The notes beneath the pieces are model-generated. The model saw nothing but the letters and a program-made list of their open reading frames with translations. It made no database searches and was not told the DNA's origin. This document shows positions 18,951 to 30,100 of a stretch of DNA of 64,000 nt, one piece after another. Both the position numbers and the translations under genes were made by a program. Origin of the DNA: a virus (lineage: Duplodnaviria > Caudoviricetes); the IMG/VR virus record IMGVR_UViG_3300028591_000142, positions 34,301 to 98,300 of that record; one strand, given 5' to 3'. How positions within the stretch are numbered: the stretch's first letter is position 1; each line of letters begins with the position of its first letter.

Positions 18951-20097
18951 ATTTTCCTTTACGTACCAATTTTAAATCACCACGAGCAATAGGCGACATT
19001 ATAGCGTTCTTACCATTAACGTCTTTGTCTATAACAATACGGTTTCCAGAAATACTGAATACAACCCATTGTTTAAGCCTAACCCATAACGGTATCTTAT
19101 TCTTGCTATTGTAATAATACTTTCCTGTAATCTTAACTACGTCGCCAACTTCAATCACGTTTGATTTTGATGTATTGGTTGATGGTTTGGTAGTTGTGGT
19201 TGACGAGGAGCTTACAAGAGTAACATCTTTAATCTTAACCGGACTCATAATTGCATACTGCTTAGCTCTATCCTGGTTGATAATTACCTTATCTCCGGAA
19301 ACACTATATACAACCCACTGACGAGCCTTAACCCAAGACGGAATAACGGCTCCGTTATAATATTTACTACCAGTGATTTTTACAACATCACCAGCTTTAA
19401 TCTTTGTTGATGATGTAGGCTTGGTGGTTGTCGTTTTATCATCTGTCTTAGACAATGTGTTATTAGAACTAGATGGTTTAGAAAAACCATTTAATCCCTT
19501 CTTCTTGATATACACTGGATAATCAAAGTAAGAATAGTTCATATCTACTCTACTCTTAATCCCAGACACAGAGCCCTTGCTAGAATATTGCCACATAGTA
19601 TATGTACCCTTGTATGTAACTTCATTATTATACTGTGCAAGCCATATATCATAACCACCAATATTTTTTACATCAATCTTTGTGGTAAGCCAGTTCTTAT
19701 TTGAGTATAATACTACGCAATAACCAGCAGCCGCAACTGTATCGCAATAAGCCTTGATAATTGATGTTACGAGCGGCTTTGATAATTGATACACCGAAGG
19801 TTCTTCGATATCAAATGCTATAGGATATTCGAGCTGTTTACCCTTTAAATAAGAGAGCGTAAAGTTAGCTTCTTGAATTGCTTTATTAACAGTATCGGCA
19901 TATGAATAATGATATACACCAACCGGGACTCCAGCCTTTTTAGCATTTTTATAATTTGCTTCAAATGTCTCATCCTTTTCATATCTACCGTATCCACCCC
20001 TTAACATAGCAAATCCAATGCCATCTGCTTTTACCTTTCCCCAGTCAATTGATTTTTGAAATGTTGAAACATCAATACCTTTTGCAATAACTTTCAT
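18949..20097 (-). CDS. Endolysin: GH25 muramidase plus two C-terminal SH3-like repeats
   Basis: GIDVSTFQ, FDIEE, WQYSSKG, VDMN; repeated GDVVKITG..YYN...IP.WV unit. Confidence 0.92.
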   Translation of the reverse strand: MKVIAKGIDVSTFQKSIDWGKVKADGIGFAMLRGGYGRYEKDETFEANYKNAKKAGVPVGVYHYSYADTVNKAIQEANFTLSYLKGKQLEYPIAFDIEEPSVYQLSKPLVTSIIKAYCDTVAAAGYCVVLYSNKNWLTTKIDVKNIGGYDIWLAQYNNEVTYKGTYTMWQYSSKGSVSGIKSRVDMNYSYFDYPVYIKKKGLNGFSKPSSSNNTLSKTDDKTTTTKPTSSTKIKAGDVVKITGSKYYNGAVIPSWVKARQWVVYSVSGDKVIINQDRAKQYAIMSPVKIKDVTLVSSSSTTTTKPSTNTSKSNVIEVGDVVKITGKYYYNSKNKIPLWVRLKQWVVFSISGNRIVIDKDVNGKNAIMSPIARGDLKLVRKGK

Positions 20098-20134
20098 ATT
20101 TTTCTCCTTTTAATCTATAGTTTATTTTTCAAAA

Positions 20135-21520
20135 TTAAGAAGTTTTTATATAACGGATTGTTACATATTCTGTTAATGGATAAGTAAACACTTCATTATT
20201 TACAATTTCAGTAAAGATTCGACCTGTTGTTGGCGTAGAACGCTCATAAAATGCTGAAACCGACGCTACTATTTTACCATCAGCCATAACTATGCCTTGT
20301 CCCATTGTCTGCTTGTCTGCGGCAATTAAAATACAATCCATTGCAACACAACTGCCAATTTCAGTATCTTCGATTTCGATTTTATGTTCAAGGTCACTGC
20401 TATCGGCTATATTAGCAACAAATGTTCTTTCATATAACTTGCTACCATCAATCCAAGTACCAACTTCGTGTTCTTCAGTAGAATAATTAACTTTAGGAGG
20501 TAAAAACTTTTCATCTATTTTCTTAAGTTCTCCTTCTCCTATTACTACGTTTTCTAATTCAACACCAAGAATATCATCACTTATACCTTCTTCCATAAAT
20601 ACAACAACGCAATCTCCAGGAGAATATATATCTTCAGTCCCATTGAATTTTTCATTAATTGTTATTCCACAATATAAGTCAGAATCTTTTATACATAAAA
20701 CTGAATAAGTGTTATCAAAGTTGCCGCCTTCTCTAACTGTAACTGTTGCAGAGACGCTTTGACCGGATTTAGAAATTGTAGAAAATTGGATATTATCACC
20801 TGTTGTATATGGAAAATCAAACAGACGATAATTTTTATAATAGACTGTTACACCTTGTATAGTTGTTGGCTGTGCATCTTTAATAAGGAACCGATTAGTT
20901 GGAACTCTGCTATCATAGAATGGTCTGTTTTTAATGAATGACGTAGAATCTGTATCGTTATCATTCCAATCAGTTGCTACATATTTCTGAGGAATTTTAG
21001 TTATATTTTCAGAAATCAGATGTAAATCTACAAGTTGAAGTGCATCTGCTATATTTGATGCAGCCATAATTGTAATTTTACCTGGAACGTAAGGTGGATT
21101 AGTACTCGTTTCGTGTAACTCTGTATTCAATGCGCATACCATTGTCATCTCACCATTGACGTAACCTGCAATGATAGTAACCCTACTTGGCAATCTTGCA
21201 ATATCAATTTCACCCTGAAATGTTGTTTTAAAGTCTACCCACTGCCCACTATCTTTCAGTCTTACCTTCGCATCGACAGTCTCTGCGTCATCAGGCAAAT
21301 CTATATAACCGTCAAATACAAAGAATGCAGGTACATCGGAAAAATCTCCAAGTTCAAAAATTGCATCTTCTGACGTTTCTTCTGTATAAAACGGGCGATT
21401 TTTAATATAGCTCATTTTTGAGCTATCGTTTTGATTCCAGTCACTCTGTACGGCTCCTGACGGGGAGCCCCCGCCATTAACCGAACTACCAAGTGCAAAA
21501 CTGAAAGCATCAAATGACAT
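20135..21520 (-). CDS. Tail fibre/appendage protein
   Basis: Two DWNxND..S(Y/F)IKNRPFY repeats; C-terminal YSTEEHEVGTWIDG...Y module. Confidence 0.65.
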   Translation of the reverse strand: MSFDAFSFALGSSVNGGGSPSGAVQSDWNQNDSSKMSYIKNRPFYTEETSEDAIFELGDFSDVPAFFVFDGYIDLPDDAETVDAKVRLKDSGQWVDFKTTFQGEIDIARLPSRVTIIAGYVNGEMTMVCALNTELHETSTNPPYVPGKITIMAASNIADALQLVDLHLISENITKIPQKYVATDWNDNDTDSTSFIKNRPFYDSRVPTNRFLIKDAQPTTIQGVTVYYKNYRLFDFPYTTGDNIQFSTISKSGQSVSATVTVREGGNFDNTYSVLCIKDSDLYCGITINEKFNGTEDIYSPGDCVVVFMEEGISDDILGVELENVVIGEGELKKIDEKFLPPKVNYSTEEHEVGTWIDGSKLYERTFVANIADSSDLEHKIEIEDTEIGSCVAMDCILIAADKQTMGQGIVMADGKIVASVSAFYERSTPTTGRIFTEIVNNEVFTYPLTEYVTIRYIKTS

Positions 21521-21711
21521 TATTCGTCACCCCCAAATGCAGTCCACTCACCAGCTTCAATACAGAAATACACCTTACCCTCAGCCATAACCATAGCTCT
21601 ATCGCCAGGCTTAGGAGTAATGCTTTCAAGAGCCGCTGCTGATTTAGCTAAATATTCGTTATATTCAATTGTCGGTCTGTCTTTATAACCGACTTTAATT
21701 ATGTCTGCCAT
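21520..21711 (-). CDS. Small tail-associated protein
   Basis: AGGAGG RBS; position in the tail-tip cluster. Confidence 0.6.
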   Translation of the reverse strand: MADIIKVGYKDRPTIEYNEYLAKSAAALESITPKPGDRAMVMAEGKVYFCIEAGEWTAFGGDE

Positions 21712-21736
21712 ATTTACCTCCTAATTAGTTAGTGAT

Positions 21737-23563
21737 TTATAAACAGAATCCAAAGCAAACGCTGATAAACGAAGTCGCGCTTCCGTTAGCAGCACCGCCA
21801 TTAGTACCATTTATACAAATTACATATGCGTTGTTGTCAGGTCTTCTCATTCTACTTCTTGTTAAATATGAAGTATTTGCTAAGCTACTAGACTTTTTTC
21901 TACTTGTGGCGTCCGGAAATCTTGCGTATTGTGCACCCTGAGTCTTTCTTTCATAATAAGAACCCAAGTCAGCATCTACCGGGTTGGTAACTATTACATA
22001 TACATTGTCCTCAAGTTTATAATAAGTTTTACTAGATTCAACGGTAGTATCAGATGTCAAGAAGTAATACTCTGATAAATACATCTCTTTGCTCTGGTAA
22101 ATATAAGTCAACAAACCCAATTCACCTAGCGACGGGATGAATATTTTGTCTTTTACTGTTTGTATGCTGGTATTATCGTCATAGTCCTTATCTACTATCT
22201 TGATAGCCTTTTGTAGATTTTCCGGGAAAGATTTATAAACATCCCATAACATTTTTCTTAAGGTACATCCGTATATTAATTTATCGTTTGCATCTACGTC
22301 AAGAGAAACCTTGTAAATATCTCCGCTAGCTGCACCCCATCCACCGTTATTACCGGTGCCGGGAGTGGTGTCGCTTGTGGTGAGAGCATTATATCTATAA
22401 GAGTAATTCAACCATCTACCAATAAATGTTAAGGCAGCTTTATTATTATGAGTTAACTTAGTTAAAACTAATGTAAACTCATCGCCTGCGGCAATATTCC
22501 ACCTCCACGATGCTGTGTCACTGGGCAATATAGATGTTGTTCCGCCAGAATAACTAATCTTACCACCGTCGACTATTATAAAATTTCCATTATCATAATA
22601 TAAAATATTATATCCGTCGAACATTTCTGACACATCAGCTCCGGCATATACGGTCATTGTGTTTTCAAAAAGCTTTACTCCGTTTGAGTAGACTTTACCC
22701 GTATATACATCTCCGACATTAAGTTTTGAACTTAAATTAACATCGCCATAGGTAAGATAATCCTCACCAAGCGTACCATCCCGATTTACAATTTCCATCT
22801 TACTTAAAATATCGTGTTCTTTACCAGTAACTTCAAGCTGAATTGCCATCGGAATACCGCAAGGTCTACTGCTTTCTGATGTAAGATAATTAAACTCCAG
22901 AGTCTTAGTATCACCTATATTGTAAAAATCAGTACCATATCTATCTGCGTTTGCCATAATGGTTTCCCAGTCATCTTCAATTGTGTCTCCCCATTTTACA
23001 GTTGACCTTTCGGTCTTAGCGACTTTGTGTGCGACAATCGTTTGTCTGTATGATAAGCCAACACCCCATCTCCACGATGCTGTTTCGCTCGGTGATATTG
23101 AAATAGGCGTAGTCGAATAATTAAATGAACCATTTTTCACGACGGTGACAAGTTTTGTCTTTTCAAAATATGTACTAAGACCTGCCGCTGTTGGAGACTG
23201 AATAGCCGTATAAACACCAGCAAATAAACCGTAATATGTTTTACCAGACACAACACTTGTGTCTGTCGTAGGAAGATATTTTGTAAAATCCAAAACATCA
23301 TAACCAGAATATATATCCTCGCCAGCTTCTGCATATACATCGGTTTCAAACCAAACGGCATCTTGATTATTAAGCACAGAAATGTGATATTTATCACCGA
23401 CCTCAAAATCAATCGACGTATCAAATTCGCCATATACATAATTATCTATGCCCATCGTGCCACCTGTGTTCAGTATAGTAAAATCGGTGGGTATAGGCGG
23501 AACGGGGGTTTCACCACCAGCAGCTTTAGAACCTATCACAAAGCTTAAAACATCAATAGCCAT
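21737..23563 (-). CDS. Putative receptor-binding protein with a C-terminal DUF6273/C-type-lectin-like domain and inserted modules
   Basis: GGW...LR...LQKAIKIVDK...DKIFIPS.GELG...YLTRS...VCFGFCL pattern. Confidence 0.65.
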   Translation of the reverse strand: MAIDVLSFVIGSKAAGGETPVPPIPTDFTILNTGGTMGIDNYVYGEFDTSIDFEVGDKYHISVLNNQDAVWFETDVYAEAGEDIYSGYDVLDFTKYLPTTDTSVVSGKTYYGLFAGVYTAIQSPTAAGLSTYFEKTKLVTVVKNGSFNYSTTPISISPSETASWRWGVGLSYRQTIVAHKVAKTERSTVKWGDTIEDDWETIMANADRYGTDFYNIGDTKTLEFNYLTSESSRPCGIPMAIQLEVTGKEHDILSKMEIVNRDGTLGEDYLTYGDVNLSSKLNVGDVYTGKVYSNGVKLFENTMTVYAGADVSEMFDGYNILYYDNGNFIIVDGGKISYSGGTTSILPSDTASWRWNIAAGDEFTLVLTKLTHNNKAALTFIGRWLNYSYRYNALTTSDTTPGTGNNGGWGAASGDIYKVSLDVDANDKLIYGCTLRKMLWDVYKSFPENLQKAIKIVDKDYDDNTSIQTVKDKIFIPSLGELGLLTYIYQSKEMYLSEYYFLTSDTTVESSKTYYKLEDNVYVIVTNPVDADLGSYYERKTQGAQYARFPDATSRKKSSSLANTSYLTRSRMRRPDNNAYVICINGTNGGAANGSATSFISVCFGFCL

Positions 23564-23564
23564 T

Positions 23565-24527
23565 TTATCCCTCCTGATTACTTACCTCGTCATTGCAGGG
23601 CACAGCGTCAATTCTTATAGGTATTGGTTTAACGCGCCAGATAAAACTGGTTAAGTTATTTAAATCAAAGTACGCGTTTACAAAATCAATTACTTCCTGT
23701 CTCTGTTCTTCTGTAATGTCTAAATTAGTACCTACGATTTTAAAATCTAACGAATGTCTGAAACCACTTGATACAGAATCCCAACCTTCCGATATAGTAT
23801 AAGTAATATCACAGGGATAGGTGTCGTTAATTTCAGAAGTTATATCATCTATAGTATATAAGGTTCCGCTATAATCAAAGAACAGGGTGTCAATTTCCTC
23901 TTCTGTTACCACACCTCCCATTCCTGTTGGCGGGTGTGGGTTTGTAGTAAAGTTTTTAATCTCCCATCCATCATCATTACTTATGTTAAAATAAAAATTC
24001 GCACGTAATACAGTGTTTTTCGGACTTATATTAACATAACGGCTGAATAGTTCAGAGTTTTCGTTTGTGTCAACCCATACATCATACCCAACACTTCTTG
24101 TTAAGTCTGAATTAGTTTTTTCTAACGATACTTTCATTTCGTTAATTTCAGCACTTAGCAGCTCTATACTTGTATAATGTACGTTCTCACTATATTCATA
24201 ATCATCCGGCACAGCTCGCTTAATAATAGGAATTTTGATAGTGTCGGAGGTTCTATATGCTTTTTCACCTGTTTCAGAATACAGATAAATGAACATAGCT
24301 TCAGGATACTTAAATAATATATTGGGTATAGAAACCGTAATACTATGTTCGTCAATAATAGAAGGTGCTACAACAAATGCTGTGGGAAATGTTCTACTGG
24401 TAAAATGTACCATCATATTTTCTGTATTAAAAATATTTGTTATCTTTAATACCTGATTAACATCCCATTGATACATCTCGGTAATCGGATTATCATAAAT
24501 ATCAAGCACCTTGATTTTATTATCCAT
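23565..24527 (-). CDS. Baseplate-upper (BppU-like) tail protein
   Basis: N-terminal MYQWDVNQVLKI...IPN...IPIIKRAVPDDY pattern. Confidence 0.6.
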   Translation of the reverse strand: MDNKIKVLDIYDNPITEMYQWDVNQVLKITNIFNTENMMVHFTSRTFPTAFVVAPSIIDEHSITVSIPNILFKYPEAMFIYLYSETGEKAYRTSDTIKIPIIKRAVPDDYEYSENVHYTSIELLSAEINEMKVSLEKTNSDLTRSVGYDVWVDTNENSELFSRYVNISPKNTVLRANFYFNISNDDGWEIKNFTTNPHPPTGMGGVVTEEEIDTLFFDYSGTLYTIDDITSEINDTYPCDITYTISEGWDSVSSGFRHSLDFKIVGTNLDITEEQRQEVIDFVNAYFDLNNLTSFIWRVKPIPIRIDAVPCNDEVSNQEG

Positions 24528-24556
24528 ATTTTTACTCCTTTCTTTTATTTATATAT

Positions 24557-24590
24557 AAAACCACGCTTTGGTACACAGAGCGTGGTTTTA
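24557..24590. terminator. Stem-loop
   Basis: AAAACCACGCTTTG...CAGAGCGTGGTTTT. Confidence 0.6.
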
Positions 24591-24599
24591 TTATGTTTG

Positions 24600-27110
24600 T
24601 TACACACCATATACCCAGGCTAAAACCCAGTTATCATTATCGGTCGCCATTACCCGGTTTGTTACCCAGGTAAATGGGTTGTTATTAAACAAATGACCGC
24701 GAATTACGGTTTTACCATAATCCGACGCATATGTTCCAGTGTCATCCGATTCTTTATAAATATATAAATATTTGTGTCCTAGTCTAGTATACCAATAGTC
24801 AGGGTCTCCAGTACCGGTTGATGTGTGGTGTGCCGGGGATGCCATTATAAACGGGTATCCAAATCCACTACCTAACGATGTGGAACCAGCGGAGATAATA
24901 TTTTTGGGTATAAAAAATGACACCCTATTTGTGCCAATCGAGTCACCAGCACCCTTAAAACAAATACATAATCCGTGTGTTTGGTCTTGCACTCTTTCTG
25001 AAAGCACAATTCTTTCGTCCCCGGTCATTTGTTTTCCGTCAGACAAACCTAAATTATAATAACTCCATAATACGTGATTATTGTGGTTTGGTGCGTTAAA
25101 ATCTCCAACTACACTAAAGTCTCCATTGACTCTAAAATCGTTTTCACCCCAGTCAAAAACAGGTATACCCTTTTGAACAGTAGTCGTATAACTTAGTGAT
25201 GTAAGAGTTACATCTTTATATTCTTCCAAAAACGGGAACCACACATTTGAGTTACCATCTTTTGCATATATTTTAAACTGATAACTTTTTCTATAATCAA
25301 ATGTTTCTGGTAACTCTATTACATTACTATCCGGGGTTTGTCCGTCTGTAGAGCGATATGTTGTAGCCCCGGTTAAAATATTATTTGCGTTAATATAATT
25401 AATTGGGCTATAACTTCCAGTACCAGCTTCTCTATACTGATATCCTATTTTAATTTCATTACTATAGCTTCCGCCAAAATCATCTAAAAACGCATTACCG
25501 CTAAATGTAAGTTTTATAGTATTGTCTGTCGGATTTTCTCTATACAATTTATATTTAAATGTCAAAGGTGTGTATGATATAGACTCACCAGACGGCTGTA
25601 TTGTAAGTGGTGTGTTTTTGTATCCCCTTGAGTCTGTGACCTCGATATTGAAACTGGTTGCTAAAGAACCAATATAACCTATTTCCGATATTGGTGAGAC
25701 ACTAGGAATATATTCATTATTTACCTTAATTGATTCGATATCGGCTCCATATTTTACTGTCGTATTAATAGTAAGTTGCGCCAATGAGTAACCTGGTATT
25801 AAAATATTCTCACTCTCAGTAAGATTCACCATATCGCTTGTGTCGATAACCGTACCTGTCACAACAGGCCTGCTCTCAGACTCTTTTGTCTTTACGTTAA
25901 ACGTAGACGTCGTACTACCTAATGCACTACTAGCACTACTAGATGTATATGTGTAGCAAGTAAGCGTGCAAACTTCAGATTGCTTATTAGGCATCCAGTT
26001 AAAAAACGTTGTTGCTGTGGCAAGAGAAAACGATGTCGCTACAAACTTAGACTCAGTAGAACTTAAAGAGCCCACGCCGTCGCTAACACTAATCCACCAG
26101 GTTTTACTACCAACCTTTGCCTTGATACTATGATAGTATGATGTATTGTACCGCGTAACTGTAACGGTAATAGAGCCAGTTGCGCCAGACATATCACCAC
26201 TAGATTTCGCAGTGGTTAATAGCTGTTTCCCGCTAACTACTACAGTAGTATTACCAGATACAGTGTACGTGTTTCCACTAGTAAATGTCGAACCATTAAC
26301 CGTGTGTGTGTCTACTTGATACGTACTTGATGAAACAGAAAATGTTATTTGTAATTTATCATTTTTGTACAACACAGCGTTATTTGATAAGTTACCGGTA
26401 CTTCCGTAATTAGATGACGTCCTCTTGACTGTTACTTGTCCATACGAGGATGTGGATATGGTTAATTTATATGTTTGTTCTGCGCTAGACGTTACAGAAA
26501 CATTTCCAGATACAGTGTGGGTGTTCCCAGATGTGAATGATGAGTTATTAACCTTATGAGATGATACGATAAAACCACTATCAGCCCCAAATGAGATTTC
26601 TAATTTATCACCTTTGTATAATCTCGTGCCGTCGGCTATATTTCCAATAGAAGCACCGGTATAACCGGATGATGTTCTGTTTACTGTTATTTTTGAATGA
26701 GAGTCGGCGGATATATCTAGCGTATATGTATCTATTTTTGTAAGGTCGATTGTTCCTCCATAATCCTGAACAGTGCTATTATAAACCTGAGTTTTAAAAA
26801 CGACAGTTACGCCTGTCTTTGTACCGTTTGCATTATGAGTTACCGTTATTTTACCAGATGTACTACCAGTCTTTGCTGGAAATACCTCGTCACTCCAAGA
26901 TGTTTCACCTTTATGATAAACCTGTGTCCCGTTTATCTTAACAGTTGTTTCAGCTATACTATAAAATGTAGCAGAGCCACCAGAAGACTTTAATGTCCAG
27001 TTGAGCGTTGATGTATTTTTATCGGCATTAACCGTCTCTGATATTGTTAGTGTTAATTTACGCCCGCTATATGTGTTACTTGTAAACGTATGTGGTAGAC
27101 TATATGCCAT
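24600..27110 (-). CDS. Siphovirus tail-tip structural protein (DUF859-like) with two ~85-aa internal repeats
   Basis: S/T-rich beta sequence, VTDSRG and PVFDWGENDF motifs; tandem TY.L.IS...RTSS...FTSGNT.TVSGN. Confidence 0.65.
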   Translation of the reverse strand: MAYSLPHTFTSNTYSGRKLTLTISETVNADKNTSTLNWTLKSSGGSATFYSIAETTVKINGTQVYHKGETSWSDEVFPAKTGSTSGKITVTHNANGTKTGVTVVFKTQVYNSTVQDYGGTIDLTKIDTYTLDISADSHSKITVNRTSSGYTGASIGNIADGTRLYKGDKLEISFGADSGFIVSSHKVNNSSFTSGNTHTVSGNVSVTSSAEQTYKLTISTSSYGQVTVKRTSSNYGSTGNLSNNAVLYKNDKLQITFSVSSSTYQVDTHTVNGSTFTSGNTYTVSGNTTVVVSGKQLLTTAKSSGDMSGATGSITVTVTRYNTSYYHSIKAKVGSKTWWISVSDGVGSLSSTESKFVATSFSLATATTFFNWMPNKQSEVCTLTCYTYTSSSASSALGSTTSTFNVKTKESESRPVVTGTVIDTSDMVNLTESENILIPGYSLAQLTINTTVKYGADIESIKVNNEYIPSVSPISEIGYIGSLATSFNIEVTDSRGYKNTPLTIQPSGESISYTPLTFKYKLYRENPTDNTIKLTFSGNAFLDDFGGSYSNEIKIGYQYREAGTGSYSPINYINANNILTGATTYRSTDGQTPDSNVIELPETFDYRKSYQFKIYAKDGNSNVWFPFLEEYKDVTLTSLSYTTTVQKGIPVFDWGENDFRVNGDFSVVGDFNAPNHNNHVLWSYYNLGLSDGKQMTGDERIVLSERVQDQTHGLCICFKGAGDSIGTNRVSFFIPKNIISAGSTSLGSGFGYPFIMASPAHHTSTGTGDPDYWYTRLGHKYLYIYKESDDTGTYASDYGKTVIRGHLFNNNPFTWVTNRVMATDNDNWVLAWVYGV

Positions 27111-27124
27111 TTTTCACACTCCTT

Positions 27125-30100
27125 TTACTCATTTTCACCTATATAAAAACAACCAGTTCTTTCATTATTTGAACCATAGTCTTCAAACCTACTATTTGTA
27201 CCAACAATTAAATATTGTCTTGATGTTAAGTTTAATGCGTTTACACCATCTACTCTAGCGCTTAAGACCATCTCATCAACCTGTTCATAGTATGTGCTTA
27301 TTGCACTATCTACCGGGTTTGTAACTACCTGATAATCATCTCTGACACGCTGATAATACGTTTTATTTGGATTGACGGTCGTATCTTCTGTTAAAACATA
27401 ATTTCCAGAACTTCTGGATACATACATACCGGTTTCATCTACTTTGTTCTTTATATTATTTGCAGAATCAGTAATGTTTAGACCATCATCATTAAGTGTA
27501 AACCTCTTTTCCTTTGTTGTAACGTGGTCTGGTTCAGAGTTTTCTAGGTTTTGAACACTGATAGTTAAGTCTTTTGACGTTGTTTCTAGTGATAATAATC
27601 TGCCATCAGTATCTCCAACGGCAGCAGATATTTTTCCATCAACTATATCAAATAACGTCTTCTTTTCGGTTTCACTCTCTCTCTCGTAGTATGTATCAAT
27701 GTCTTGGTCTACAGGGTTATCCACAACTACATATTCCCCATCCACGTACTGATAATATGTCTTACTCGTATCTACGGTTGTATCTGATGTTAATACATAT
27801 GTCTCTGGTGTATAAGAATATATTTGCAAATTATTCCCTATAAGCACTTCTCCTATAATAGCTTCTCCGTTTACACCGTAAACAGTCTCACCATTACCAA
27901 GATTTAACTCACCAAGAGCGAGTTTACTTGTATCCCATCCGTCATTGGTAAATGCAATATTTGAACTTATTATTTTAATTTGGTGTGGGTCGAGCTCTCC
28001 GGTGTCTTCGTTTATCCTTCTTCCGGTATAACCGGCGGCATCAATAATAACCTCCTCACCAACAGATGACATTATATCAGCTAACGTAAAGTTTCTGGAC
28101 GATTTTATGGCTTCATTCATATAATCGAGCTCACCGTTTTTAATAGGATAAATAACATCTTTTACGTAGCTCAGTGTGTTAGCAGACTTACTAACACTAC
28201 CTAAAACATTTTCAAATAATGACCTTACATCATATTTATTTAATCTGTTACCGAATGTTAGACTAAAGTCTTTATCGTCATAGTTAATTGTCATTGAGGT
28301 TAAAAACAAAGATGCTATGTCGTTATTACGTAGTTCAACATTAATTATACAGCCAGTCTCAATACTATCGCTAAAATGTTTAAACTTTTTTGAAAAGATA
28401 AAATTTTCAACATCAATGCTAAATTCTTGTGTCGGAACCGACACTTTACCGAGTTGTAGCATAGCTCTGTCATACAAAATTTTCATCTGTGCGAACTTTT
28501 CACCATATGACATCTGGTCTGTAAAAACAACATAATCATCATTATAGCTACCCTGAAATATATAATTATTTAACTCAGCAAGCTCATCTGATGAAAAATA
28601 TGTATTAAACGAAAGCTCCTCTCTGATACCATTAATATTATCCAAGTCGTTATTAATGGCGTTGTTTATCATATCCAGTTCCCCGTATTCAGAATCAAGT
28701 TCGTCTTGGTAACTGGATATATAACCCTTAATATCTGACTTTAATTCATTTATTGACTTATTGATATCAATCTCAGGCGCGTGTTTGTCGAGATTGTTAA
28801 TAGCCGTATTATATCTGTTTATAAGTGTTTTCTTTGATTCGGCTATTATATTGTCCAAACACTGTTGGTATAAATCAATTATGCCTCTTAACCTATTAAT
28901 TTCTGCGTTGGTATTTGCCCTGGCTTGTAAATGAGTGTAATATGTGAGATTGTAATCATAATAATCGTCTCTTTGTAACTCAATCAAATCTTGCCATTCT
29001 TTGACTTTGTCACCGAGTTCGTTTGACATCCAGTCAAAATAATAACTGAAATTATATATTGTATTAGTACCTAATGGGTTTATTGCAGATATCAAAACAT
29101 CATCTCCGCCGGTAACACTGATTGCTGTATATAAATCATCTGCGTTTTCAGATACCGTCGCAGAGTCTATTAAATCATTGTTAGAAAGATAAATGTTTGA
29201 AGTATGGACGTACGAGGCTTGGTCATATACATTAACCAATCTGTTTATTATATCAAAAACAATAATACACTCATATGCATCTTGAACTTGCTCCATCAAA
29301 AACGATAAGCAATTGGAGTCAACAGAAATATCATTGAATGTTCTGTATCTGGATGCAACGCTTTCATCAATATGTCCGGGTTGCCATAAGGGAATTGTTT
29401 TTAATATCTGTTCCAGTATGCCCTCTCTATCATCTCCTGGTTGTGTAACAAACGGATATGTACCATCGCTAATAAATGGAATCATTTTTTGTTGAAGTTC
29501 TATGTCAATAGATTGCGCTTCGATATCCTTGTAATAGCGGTTACCATCATATCCATCTTGTACGCTATTTATCATAAAAAAGCCAATGTCTTTAAAAAAC
29601 ACAAGACGACGATTTTGTACAGAGTCATAAACACGTTCTGCAAACTCTTCCTTGCTTTCGTGTCTGACACCGATTACTTTTATGTTTATAATGTTCGTAT
29701 TGTCAAACAAATACCCCGAACCATCACCATATGTTAACTCGTAATCATCTTGACCTATAACCTCATAATACGTATCAATATCCTGGTCTACGGGGTTGTC
29801 CACCCTAACGTATTCACTGTTTATGTACTGATAATATGCCTTGTTGGGGTTAACCGTGGTATCAGATGTTAACACGTAGTCATATACTTCCGATAATACA
29901 AAATTATCCACAACCAACGCATTATTAAAACCAGTTATAGGAATTACCAGAATAACACTGCCTGATGGAAACCCGGTAAATCCGGGTGACTGACCGGGGT
30001 CAGCCGGGTATGACCTTGTACGAATAATAGTATTATCACTAAGAGTTACCTCGACATCATATTCTTGACCAACCTCAAGGCCTAGTGTCTGTGGTAATAA

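Noticed and set aside
27680-29879. 40-aa module copies as a DGR template/variable repeat pair
   Set aside because: Differences are not adenine-specific, all copies are coding, and no RT is present
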